From Macrostomum lignano (lineage: Eukaryota), in the NCBI GenBank assembly GCA_002269645.1, contig NIVC01000628.1, positions 186,001-250,000 of the forward strand: 64,000 bases of DNA, given 5' to 3'. Made by a program: the position numbers and the translations under genes. Positions 1 to 11,769 of the stretch are shown piece by piece; position 1 is the stretch's first letter; each line of letters starts with the position of its first letter. A model generated the notes under the pieces. That model ran no database searches. It had not been told where the DNA came from and worked only from the letters and a program-made list of their open reading frames with translations.

Positions 1-282
1 ACTTAAGTAGATACGTTACTTTAGTCATCCTTGAATCTAAAAATAGAAACTTTTTGAACGGCCCAGCCAATCAGCGCCGAGATAGTGTATACAAAGAGTA
101 TGCTAAAAGCATAAGGCGAGAATCCCCAAAAAACATAAATTTGTAATGTGGGAATCCCTGGCTTCAAAAAAAGACGAGTTTTCTTGGTTAAAAATAATAA
201 CTATAGTGAAGAGTTCCTAGTTTAAAAATAGCAATAGGCGGGAATCCTAAAGTTAAAAATAGAAAAGCTAGACTGCACTCAC

Positions 283-508
283 ATCCACACTCGGCCATGC
301 TGTTGAACAGCAGCCACCGGCCCTGCTGCGGCCAGCGGAGCAGGCAGACGTACCGGTCCCGATGCCGGCAGACGGCCGCCCACAGCCGCATTTGGCTAAC
401 TGCGGAGGCTGGGGAAACTCGAAGTCCGGCACCAGCCGCAAATCGGTGCTCAACTTCATCGGAATAGCTGATCTCTGATGCTGCGTGATCGTTGTCGCTG
501 GAGTGGGC
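283..508 (-). CDS. CYLD: CYLD-like protein, coding exon 4 (His box); gene probably continues beyond the window start
   Basis: Acceptor ccgcag|GCC and donor T|GTGAGT. MRLWAAVCRHRDRYVCLLRWPQQGRWLLFNSMAE matches CYLD [35 protein letters not shown]. Confidence 0.8.
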
Positions 509-535
509 CTGCGGATTTATGTGCTTTGTGAGTTC

Positions 536-653
536 ATCTCACCTGACCTCTGCAGATACCATAGAGATCTCATTTCACCTGACCTCTGAAAATACCAAAG
601 AGATCTTATCTCACCTGACCTCTGCAAATACCAAAGAGATCCCATCTCACCTG
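536..653. repeat. 36-bp tandem repeat x~3.3 including the splice donor
   Basis: cacctg at 540, 576, 612 and 648. Confidence 0.85.
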
Positions 654-1045
654 CACTCCGCAAAAGCAGTCGCGGCAGAAAGCAAAGCCGTTCACTCTGC
701 AGCTGTTCGCCGCGGCCAGGCAGCTGCGGCACTCCAGCCGGGCCAGCCGGCCGCAGACGGTGCAAGGCCTCGGCCGGCCAGCCAGCAGCCGGGAGATGTC
801 TATGGCCGGAAGTGGCACGGTGTCCGGCTCGGTCTGCAGCACCAGGCTGATTGGCGGCCGGGCAAAGGAGCCGGGCGGCAGGGCGCAGTGCAGCAGGAAC
901 TCGCAGTCCAGCAGCTGGCGTTCGGCGCCTTCGTCTGCCCTGACCAGCGCCCGCGAGAGCTGCAGGCGGTGGCGCGACTGGGCAACCGACGAGCGGCGAC
1001 GGTTGAGGGCGCCGCCAAGGAGGAGCTCCAGGCAGAGGCCGGGGT
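651..1045 (-). CDS. CYLD: CYLD-like protein, coding exon 3 (USP core plus B-box zinc module)
   Basis: Acceptor ctgcag|AC and donor CAG|GTGAGA. DPGLCLELLL...QLLDCEF...PISLVLQ...IDISRLLAGRPRPCTVCGRLARLECRSC...FCRDC matches CYLD DPEEFLNILF...[28 protein letters not shown]...FCKTC. Confidence 0.85.
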
Positions 1046-1111
1046 CTGCAGCGGTGAGTAAGAAATTGTAGGGATTTTAAGGTAATGGGAGATTTTATGC
1101 GATAAACGAGC

Positions 1112-1580
1112 GCTATATGTACTCAATGACCCTGAGCAAGGAAGAGTCTATACTCAATGACCCTGAGCAAGGAAGGGTCTGTACTCAATGACCCTGAGCA
1201 GGGAAGGGTCTGTACTCAATGACCCTGAGCAGGGAAGGGTCTGTACTCAATGACCTGAGTAAGGAAGGGTCTATACTCATTGACCCTGAGCAGGGAATGG
1301 TCTGTACTCAATGACCCTGAGCAGGGAATGGTCTGTACTCAATGACCCAGAGCAAGGAAGGGTCTGTACTCAACGACCCTGATCAAGGAAGGGGTCTGCA
1401 CTCAGTGACTCGAACAGGGAAGGCGTCTGTACTCAATGACCCTGATCAAGGAAGGGGTCTGTACTCAGTGACTCGAACAGGGAAGGCGTCTGTACTCAAT
1501 GACCCTGATCAAGGAAGGGGTCTGTACTCAGTGACTCGAACGGAAAGGGGGTCTGTACTCAATGATCCTGAGCAGGGAAG
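1112..1580. repeat. ~30-bp tandem repeat (ctgagcagggaagggtctgtactcaatgac)
   Basis: Direct inspection. Confidence 0.9.
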
Positions 1581-2462
1581 GGTAAGTGCCAATTTAAACA
1601 AACAAGTAAGTACAGGAGACAAAATGGGCGAAAAAGAACATCTAACACACTGTACTTGACGCTAACCAGCGGTACACACTCACAAGAGCTCACGTACACG
1701 CGGTCTTGAATGCATTTTTCCATTTAGAAAAATTCAAGATTAAGATAAAGAATGCCATGGGATCTGATACTGCTTAATCTTCAACAGAGCGGAGCGAGAG
1801 AGAGAGAGAGAGAGAAAGGATGCAGCTGTGAGATCGATGACCTTTCCTTCTCCTCTAACTGCCATTCAATTCGCTTGCAATGCCGGAACTCAGAGAAAAC
1901 AAACAAATAAATGAAAACTTGATAACCTGCCGCTGGCCACTGACTGATGGCTGCGCACAGCTGGCAAAGTGCAAAGGAGAGGGATCCGCTTTCCCCGAGC
2001 TGATGGGCCGACTGAAGTCATACAAAGAACTTTTTGGCGCAATCGAGAAAATCGCTTCGAAAATTTCCTCTTTGTGTATGACTAATCCTCAAATCCCGCT
2101 TTTGAGTCCTATAGACTAGTAATTTGACTAATTTTGTAGAATCTCAAGTCTATGTGGACCCCTGGCTTTCTCGATTTGTGCGTAGCAGACCTGCGCCTGC
2201 ATGAGTCTTTAAAACTTTCACATTGCTGAAATCGATGTGTAAATTATAGACCAGATTTTGAGAAAAGCTCAATTTCTGCAACTTGCCTCGAAGATTAACA
2301 ATCTCGTTAGTGCAGTGGGGCGCAGAGATAAAGCTCGGCCTGCATCCCTTGTCAAAGAAATTGGCTTCATTTTAAATATAAATTTATCGAATCTTAACCC
2401 GGCATTTGAATATAGCTCTATTTGACTGTGCTTATTGATCTGCCCCTGCACACTGGGTAGAT

Positions 2463-2843
<381 letters not shown>

Positions 2844-3139
2844 GGCAGCCAGGCGGGAGTGCGGGGGAGCGGAGAGGCTGAAGGGCCGAAAGCTCAGCTG
2901 GCCGTCAATCGATAAGTTGGCACGCGAGGCCACAGGGGAAGGAAGCGAGCCCTGCCCCCGTATTTGATTGCTCCAAAACTGGACTATAATTGGCACAAAG
3001 CTGAATCTCCCGGAGCGGCCATATGATGATGCCGGAGATTAAGTACTTATCACACTCGTAAGCTCGCAAACTTGTTGAGATTAAATAGTTGTTGTTATGT
3101 CGAAAAGTTCGCCAGAAATCCAGCTGCGACGGCTTAAGG

Positions 3140-3750
3140 CAGTGGGTCGGCAAACTTTTTACCTCAAGGGCCAAATGGGGAATCCAGACCATGACTGCGG
3201 CCAGAGGACGAGAGAGAGGAGATGGAATAGAGGAGAAGAGAGAAGAGAGGAAGAGATAGGAGAGAAGGGAGGGGAGAGAAGGGAGGGGAGAGAAGGGAGG
3301 GGAGAGAAGGGAGGGGAGAGAAGGGAGGGGAGAGAAGGGAGGGGTGAGACTGGAGGGGAGAGAAGGGAGGGGAGAGATTGGAGGGAAGAGAAGGGAGGGA
3401 AGAGAAGGGAGGGGAGAGAAGGGAGGGGAGAGAAGGGAGGGGAGAGAAGGGAGGGGAGAGAAGGGAGGGGAGAGAAGGGAGTGGATAGAAGGGAGGGGAG
3501 AGAAGGGAGGGGAGAGAAGGGAGGGGAGAGAAGGGAGGGGAGAGAAGGGAGGGGAGAGAAGGGAGGGGAGAGAAGGGAGAGAAGGGAGAGGAGAGAAGGG
3601 AGGGGAGAGAAGGGAGGGGAGAGAAGGGAGAGAAGGGAGAGGAGATTAGAGAGAAGAGAGCTAAGAGGCACAAGCCTTGAGACACTATTGTGAAGTTCAA
3701 AGGAGGCTTGGTGGGCCGCAAGTGGCCCGCGGACCGGAGTTTGCCTAAGG
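3140..3750 (+). mobile_element. hAT (MER58/Charlie-like) non-autonomous element with an internal (GGGGAGAGAAGGGA)n array
   Basis: Starts CAGTGGGTCGGCAAAC and ends GGCCCGCGGACCGGAGTTTGCC (degenerate TIR); GCTTAAGG at 3132-3139 and 3751-3758 could be an 8-bp TSD. Confidence 0.55.
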
Positions 3751-4475
3751 GCTTAAGGGAATGCCTTGGCTTTGGGGATCTAGCAATGGGGAAGCGGGCC
3801 AGCTCTGAGCAGTGGCAGATACGTTAGCGACCCCACTCGACTTCCCCTAACACGAATCGTCCCTCTTCCCTAAGTCGTTCCAAGGAAAGCGGCTGGTTGA
3901 GGCATTATTCGAATTCCTGCAGCACGAGTGTGGGTATATATTAGGCCTGAGCAAGGGAGATTCGTTGAGGATTTCGCGAGAGGCTGTCAGAGTCCGGGGA
4001 GCGGATATGAGAGCAAGCAAGGAGCTCAAGTGCTACTCGGCCCGCTAACCTCGGGTGCAAGTAGAAGCTGCGAGAGAGCGCCAGAACTGGAGTACTATGG
4101 GTATGCGTGTGAGCACTGCGCATTAGAGCTGGCCACGGCGCTGATTCTCACCAAAGAAGCAGCGTGTTCTCTAAACACCCCTGCTCGCTATACCTTTCTC
4201 TGATGCTCTTCATAAAAACTTTTCTACTAATCCAACTTTGGAGAGCTCAGTTCTGAAGTGTCGCATTCCGGAATTCCAGCCCCTGTGCAGCTCTTTCTTT
4301 ATTCTCCGTGTCTCTCCATCACAATCTTCATTCTCAGCTGCTGGGTGGAATGCAAAATTTTCAATGCAACCCCAGGAGATGCACTGCACGGATCTGGCTT
4401 CGGTTGCACGTACTTTAGGATGCAAAATTTACAAGGCAATGAAGGCAACGATTGATGCACGAAGCTGTCACTCAC

Positions 4476-4567
4476 CGACTTCGCCGCTTTTCAAATCTGG
4501 CGCCGAATCGAGGCTGCCGAGGTAGCGGCGCAGTTTCAGCACCTTGCCGGCTGGGACGAAGTTGGCC
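4476..4567 (-). CDS. CYLD: CYLD-like protein, coding exon 2
   Basis: Acceptor ccgcag|G and donor G|GTGAGT; 92 nt with phases 2/1 fitting both neighbours. Encodes ANFVPAGKVLKLRRYLGSLDSAPDLKSGEV, similar to CYLD [28 protein letters not shown]. Confidence 0.8.
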
Positions 4568-4654
4568 CTGCGGGTCGTTGTTGGAACAGGTTGGTTTGGT
4601 GAAGTAAGAGTTGGCTGCGTTTTTATGCCGTGTGCAGTGACTCTGGCCAAGCCT

Positions 4655-4935
4655 GCACCTCACTCAGCGCACCCATCTCACTTTGCACACCCACCTCACT
4701 CCGCACATCTACCTCACTCCACACACCCACCTCACTCCGCACAACCACCTCACTTCGCACAACCACCTCACTCCGCATACCCACCTCAATCCGCACAACC
4801 ACCTCAATCCGCATACCTACCTCACTCCACACACCCACCTCACTCCGCACACCCACCTCACTCCGCACACCCACCTCACTCCGCATACCTACCTCACTTC
4901 GCACACCTTACTCCGCACATCCACCTCAATCCGCA
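4655..4935. repeat. ~18-bp C/A-rich minisatellite (cacccacctcactccgca)
   Basis: Direct inspection. Confidence 0.9.
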
Positions 4936-5479
4936 CACCCAAATCACTCCTACCTCCATACCTATCAAGCAACCAGGCTACGCATTATCTATTAAGAGTA
5001 AAATTTCAGTTAAGCATAGCTTAGATACTAAAAAGGAATTCAAGCAAACAGTTTCCTTCCTGTTGCTCGATCCCCCAAGTCCAATTGAGCAGCTGCAATT
5101 CTGGCTAATCCCATAACTGAATTTGAAAATTGTAGCTCAAAATTCCGGCACCCGGCAGTGGCAGCTAGCCGGATATTGGGGCAGACATACAGAGCCAGCA
5201 CATCTCCATCATTCTGCTCTTGAGTCTGTATTTGCTCAGTGCGAGTCGTATTGTAGCCAACTGAGATGGGGATTTCGTTCTCCTCTTTCAGTTCAGTTCA
5301 ACACGATGAGCACAAGTTTTTTGCTTAGAAATGCACTCGTTTGTTTCCCAGTACTCAATCCGCGACATGCTTGCACTAAAAATTTCCCGAAGCACTTTCT
5401 AATGCACAGCATAAAACATGTCGGTTGGGGAACATTCACGCTATCTTTACCCAAAACCTTCCAACTTCACAGCTACTTC

Positions 5480-6735
5480 ACTCCGCCAGCTCACTCCAAA
5501 CACCCAGCTCACTCCAAACACCCACCTCACTCTAAACACCCACCTCACTCCAAACACCGACCTCACTTCAAACACCCACTCCCTCCAAACACCCCACCTC
5601 ACTCCAAACGCCCATCTCACTCCTAACACCCACCTTTTTCAAAACACCCATCTCACTCCGGAAACACCCATCTCACTCCAACCACCTATTTCACTCCAAA
5701 CACCCACCTCACTCCAAACACCTACCTCACCCCCCAAACACCCATCTCACTCCAAACACCCATCTCACTCCAAACACCTACCTCACCCCCCAAACACCCA
5801 TCTCACTCCAAACACCCACTCACTCCAATCACCCACCTCACTCCAAACACCCACCTCACTCCCCAAACACCCATCTCACTCCAAACACCAATCTCACTCC
5901 AAACACCCACCTCACTCCAAACACCCACCTCACTCCAATCACCCACCTCACTCCAAACATCCATCTCACTCAAAACACCCACCTCACTCACTAAACACCC
6001 ATCTCACTCAAAACACCCACCTCACTCCCCAAACACCCACCTCACTCCCTAAACACCCATCTCACTCAAAACACCCACCTCACTCCCCAAACACCCACCT
6101 CACTCCCTAAACACCCACCTCACTCCAAACACCCACCTCACTCCCCAAACACCCATCTCACTCCAAACACCCATCTCACTCCAAACACCCATCTCACTCC
6201 AAACACCTACCTCACTCCAAACACCCATCTCACTCCAAACACCCACCTCGCTCCCCAAACACCCATCTCACTCCAAACACCCACCTCACTCCCTAAACAC
6301 CCACCTCACTCCAAACACCCACCTCACTCCCCAAACACCCATCTCACTCCAAACACCCATCTCACTCCAAACACCCATCTCACTCCAAACACCCATCTCA
6401 CTCCAAACACCCACCTCACTCCCCAAACACCCATCTCACTCCAAACACCCACCTCACTCCCTAAACACCCACCTCACTCCAAACACCCACCTCACTCCCC
6501 AAACACCCATCTCACTCCAAACACCCATCTCACTCCAAACACCCATCTCACTCCAAACACCCATCTCACTCCAAACACCTACCTCACTCCAAACACCCAT
6601 CTCACTCCAAACACCCACCTCACTCCCCAAACACCCATCTCACTCCAAACACCTACCTCACTCCAAACACCCATCTCACTCCAAACACCCACCTCACTCC
6701 CCAAACACCCATCTCACTCCAAACGCCGATTTCAC
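5480..6735. repeat. 18-20-bp minisatellite (aaacacccacctcactcc), related to 4655-4935
   Basis: Direct inspection. Confidence 0.92.
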
Positions 6736-7604
6736 TCCATGCTGCCCTCGGATCTAATTTGAATTCGCAGCATCCTCGCAAGTAGCACAATAGAGTTCCA
6801 TTGGAAAGATCTAATTTCTAAAGTAGAAAACAGCAAAGCTAGAAAACCCTGAAGCTTTTGGCTGGAAAAGCCTCACTAAATGGGAGAAAAGAAGGTGATT
6901 ATGAAAACTTTGTCAAGCAATAAACTGCGTGAATTATTTACTACACAAGTGGAGAAGCAGGAACAGTGCGGTTAGTCTCGCAGGCCAGATGGGGCAGCAA
7001 AACTAGCCCAGGCGATGTGAGGATATAATGAGAAGAGTACTGGCAGCTGGCAACGTGTTTGCTTTAAGGGCTACAACTATCCCCCCTAAGCCGGATTGTT
7101 AGCAAACCTGTTGGAGATAGACGCGGAGGCGGCGAACCGGTTGTCAGGGGATTTTTTCCTCTTTACTGCACGGTCTCCCCAGCTGAGAGCGAGCAGTTGC
7201 TAGCTATAGAATCCTTCCCAAATCCCTGAGCGAAATCATCATCTTCTCCCTTTCATGGTGCCGCAGAAAAAAGCGATGGCATTGAATGAGCTAGGCTCTC
7301 TATGGCTACCGTTTAAACCCTGCTGAGTCCCCCGGATGGTTGCCAGGTGCTCCTCGCTAGCTAACTCCCTCCTCCCTCGTGCCGAGCATTGAGTTGTCGC
7401 TCGTAGCTTATGGGGGCGTTTGCACTTTGAAAAATCTGCATCACCCGAAATCATGCGTGCGGACTGCAGGGAGGGCGGGATGCGACTGGGAAATTGCTGG
7501 AACAGCACAGCCAGTATCCGTTGGAAAGGGAAGGCTGACTAATTCAAACGATAATGAGACGAAATTGAGAACAAAATGCACCTCTCCACACAGCAGCCAG
7601 AAGC

Positions 7605-8330
7605 ACTGCGTACAGCACCTACACGTCACTGCATACAGCACCTACACGTCACTGCATACAGCACCTACACGTCACTGCATACAGCACCTACACGTCACTG
7701 CTCATCATCTACACGTCACTGCATACAGCATCTACACATCAGTGCATACAGCACCTACACGTCACTGCATACAGCACCTACACGTCACTGCATACAGCAC
7801 CTACACGTCACTGCATACAGCACCTACACGTCACTGCATACAGCACCTACACGTCACTGCATACAGCACCTACACGTCACTGCATACAGCACCTACACGT
7901 CACTGCATACAGCACCTACACGTCACTGCTCATCATCTACACGTCACTGCATACAGCATCTACACATCAGTGCATACAGCACCTACACGTCACTGCATAC
8001 AGCACCTACACGTCACTGCATACAGCACCTACACGTCACTGCATACAGCACCTACACGTCACTGCATACAGCACCTACACGTCACTGCATACAGCACCTA
8101 CACGTCACTGCATACAGCACCTACACGTCACTGCATACAGCACCTACACGTCACTGCATACAGCACCTACACGTCACTGCATACAGCACCTACACGTCAC
8201 TGCATACAGCACCTACACGTCACTGCATACAGCACCTACTCGTCACTGCATACAGCACCTACACGTCACTGCATACAGCACCTACACGTCACTGCATACA
8301 GCATCTACAGGTCACTGCATACAGCATACA
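7605..8330. repeat. 23-bp satellite (cagcacctacacgtcactgcata)
   Basis: Period 23 read from the sequence. Confidence 0.95.
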
Positions 8331-9290
8331 GAGAACTTGCACTTTTAAACATTAGCATCATCCATTGCGTTCGTCCGAACCCACTTTCTCACCGATAACA
8401 GAAGAAAGTCCGGCTTGTCTTGCTACACATTGGACAAGCTCTGCATACATTACAGAGTAGCAAATCGAGCCTCAGAGACGGCTGAGACTCGGGAGACAGA
8501 ACAGAGAGAGAGAGAAGAGGGCGTCGCACTGTTACAGCATTCAATTAGCAAGCAGAATCCGCCTCAGGTCCTTCTCCAGGCTCAACCGCCTCCCGCTCCT
8601 CAGAGTCTGCACTGGCACTAAAATATTGCTTCATAGCAGAGACCGGCAGTCAAAGACGTTTTTTGATAATAATCCATTTTCCCGTACTCGCAGCAGGGCA
8701 GGCAAAATAGCTGGGAACATAATGGGCACGGGAGTGAAGCCAAAACAGTCGCTCTGCCATCCCCCTACGCGTTGCATTGCCTGCTGCCTGCTTTCCTGCA
8801 GAGAAGGGGGCGGCAGTGGAAGTGGCTGCCGCCGTGGCCACAGCCACGGTTTGCGCAGCTGCGCCGCAGGCAGGGCGCTCCCTGCGTGCGTCGCACGATT
8901 TTTTTCTTTTAGAAGAAGAAAAAGAAGGAAGACAGGCAAAAGCAAGAAAAATCGCCCGGCTAGTCAAAGGAATGCAGCACAGGGTGTCCTTTTTCTGTCT
9001 GTTGTTCCGTCATCAATTTTATTGCTTTCCCTACTGAGCAATGGGAGGGTTTATTGCCAATTATTGGTCAGTAAAAGTTTATTTCAGTCACCAGTTTACT
9101 GCCCAGGGCGGTTGAGGCAATAAAAAGTATTTAGAAGCAAAAAATTCAGTACTTGTTGATTAGAGGGGTGTTTCAGAAAGCGAGGTTGGAACTTAAGATC
9201 CATATGTTTATGGTACAAACGGAGTATAGGTGGAACCTATACTTAGGACGAATGAGTTGTCCAAATTTCTAAATTCAGAGTTAGTGTCTA

Positions 9291-9824
9291 CTAGCAATCC
9301 AGCCCGTTCGGGGAGTGCAAAAGGGAAAATGAAAATATTGCTAATATATTAAAGAATAGACCAGTGCTTCCAGTAAGCCCTGGCATCTCAGCGAATCCAC
9401 CAGCTGTACGCCTTGACAATAACATCTTAGCAATGCTCCCAGTAAGCCTTGACATCTCAAAAAACATTCAAACAATCAGTTCCGGATTCAAACAATTCAA
9501 GTTGAAGACAAAGATATTCATAAATTTTACAATTTAATAAGCTAGGTATAGCTATTTATAACTCATAGCAGCAGCTCAAGAATTGAAGTTTAGTCTATGG
9601 CCATAGACGTATTGAGCTCTCACTGCAAGAAAAATACACTAATTAGATAGGTAAAATACAGTTTTTCGAATATTTAATCCCTTTAAAATGAAGCAATCTC
9701 TTAGCCACAACCCATGTACCGTCACGGAAAAATTTCTGATCGAATGGTGCAAGTCTGGTGAAAATCGGTTGAGCCGTTTTTCGCACAGACAGACAGACAG
9801 ACAGATACAGCTTAGATATATAGA
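9291..9824 (-). mobile_element. Non-autonomous Helitron-like element (534 bp)
   Basis: Minus strand: A|TCTATATAT, (CTGT)n, GGCTCAACCGATT at the 5' end; CCCGAACGGG hairpin then CTAG|T at the 3' end; inserted between A and T. Confidence 0.7.
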
Positions 9825-9964
9825 TAGAAGATTTCACTGCTTCGAAAAAATATGCTTGCCATCTTGGCTGCCTGTGGCTCTCATCATTTAGATTTTTAAC
9901 ATTTCCAATTGTTCCAACATTTCCTGTCAGGTATAAGTCACGAGTCGTGCTTGGCTCTAAAAAT

Positions 9965-10194
9965 GGGTTGTGGCCTAGTGGTCAGAGCGTCGGAACTCAC
10001 GACTGAAAGGTCGGGGGTTCGATTCTCGACCTACTCGGAACAATTTGTGTCCTTGAGCAAGAGACACTTAACCCTGCATTGCATTGCAGGGCGTGTGGCG
10101 AACCCCCAGTCCTTGGACTGAACAGCCGTACGCAGCCTTCAGACGCGCCGCGCAATAGCTGCACCGGCAGGTGTAATCAATTGTTACTATTATT
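9965..10194 (+). mobile_element. tRNA-derived SINE
   Basis: A box TGGCCTAGTGG, B box GGTTCGATTC, conserved-domain-like GTGTCCTTGAGCAAG..ACACTTAACCC, and a short AT tail. Confidence 0.7.
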
Positions 10195-10744
10195 TGGAAC
10201 TATGGTTTCAAACTTTAAGACACACTCAACGCTCAAAGAATCTTTGGGTTCGAAAATAGAGTTTTTTTCTAGTTTTTTATTTATTTGAAAGTGCGCAGGA
10301 AATGTTATTCAGTTAGCACTCTATATAGTAGGTTACTGAGGCGGCTGCTCACAACTCAACAGGCCTGACCTGCACGCCTCATCCGAGGCCTAGAGGGGGC
10401 AGCTGCGTGGACCCGACTCCGGAAAATTGAATTTCCACATCCACTGTCGTCTTCTTCTTACGCGGCCTCCTTGCAGCTTCCAGCGGCCTCGCGTCTGCAC
10501 TGCCCGCCGGCTCTTGCCTGCACCAAAGGGTTCGGTGCAGAAAGTCGACCCTTGGGACGCCTTGCGGGCTTACTTGAACACTCGAACTATTAATGCACCG
10601 CCATGTGATAATATAAGCCTATGATGCCAGCGCCACTAATGGAAAACAAGTAGGGAAACTTTTTATGAAAAACTATGGAATCATATGATGGGATTGGACC
10701 GCCGGCTCTTGGGCACTTAAAATATTGCGCTGAAATAGGGCTCT

Positions 10745-11175
10745 TCACCTCTCACTGCCTCACTCAGACTGTGACTGCCTCACACTCTCTCTCTCTCTGC
10801 CCCTCTCACTGCCTCACTCAGACTGTGACTGCCTCACTCTCTCTCTCTCTCTGCCCCTCTCACTGCCTCACTCAGACTGTGACTGCCTTACTCTCGCTCT
10901 CTCTGCCCCTCTCACTGCCTCACTCAGACTGTGACTGCCTCACTCTCTCTCTCTCTGCCCCTCTCACTGCCTCACTCAGACTGTGACTGTCTCACTCTCT
11001 CTCACTCTGCCCCTCTCACTGCCTCACTCAGACTGTAACTGCCTCACTCTCTCTCTCTCTGCCCCTCTCACTGCCTCACTCAGACTGTGACTGTTTCACT
11101 CTCTCTCACTCTGCCCCTCTCACTGCCTCACTCAGACTGTGACTGCCTCACTCTCCCTCACACTGCTTCACTCTC
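10745..11175. repeat. ~50-bp CT-rich tandem repeat (ctctcactgcctcactcagactgtgactgcctcact...)
   Basis: Direct inspection. Confidence 0.85.
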
Positions 11176-11769
11176 TCTCACTCTGCACAAACACACGTCA
11201 AAGTACAATAACGATACGGCCACAAGAGCAGTCCAAGTGCAATGCCGCATATACGCGATAAAAAGAGTCCACAGGCGGCTCTGGATAAAGAAATGAAAAA
11301 GCGTAGAAAGCAAGTCTCGGTCCCTGTCAGGCTCATCCGGCTCGATGGACGGCATAAAATAGCGTATTTGCATAATAGCGTGGGGCCCGACATCGCTTAT
11401 CTTCATACATCCGCTGTCCCCTCACTCTCTCACCCTCTTCCCCCACTCTTGACCGGACAGAAAGGGACCGGGGGGGGGGTATTCGGCATGCAGTATGCAG
11501 TTTGCGCCAAGCAGACAGAAAACTAAACAGGGCCAAATTGTCTGCCGCATCGCCCAACACGATTAGTCATTAAGAAGTTCATGCGCATCAGGCGGACCGC
11601 ACGCATTTATCCAATGCTTTTGCTGCGAATTCAAGCGTGCGGACTGCAGGGAGGGCGGGATGCGACTGGGAAATTGCTGGGACAGCCCAGCCAGTAACTG
11701 TTGGAAAGGGGACGGCTGACTAATATTATAGCCGGCGTTGAGGAGTGAGAAGAAATTGCACCTCTCCAC

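Noticed and set aside
492-1071. Plus-strand ORFs of 189 and 103 aa
   Set aside because: Antisense shadows of the GC-rich CYLD-like exon plus the 36-bp repeat.
7379-8398. 339-aa and 259-aa His/Thr-rich ORFs
   Set aside because: Translations of the 23-bp satellite.
8560-9040. GC-rich island with ORFs on both strands in CYLD-like intron 1
   Set aside because: No recognisable motif or convincing splice sites; left unannotated.
9965-10040. Possible tRNA genes (also 15775-15860 and ~22650-22705)
   Set aside because: A/B boxes are present, but no complete cloverleaf is evident and a SINE-type body follows at 9965.
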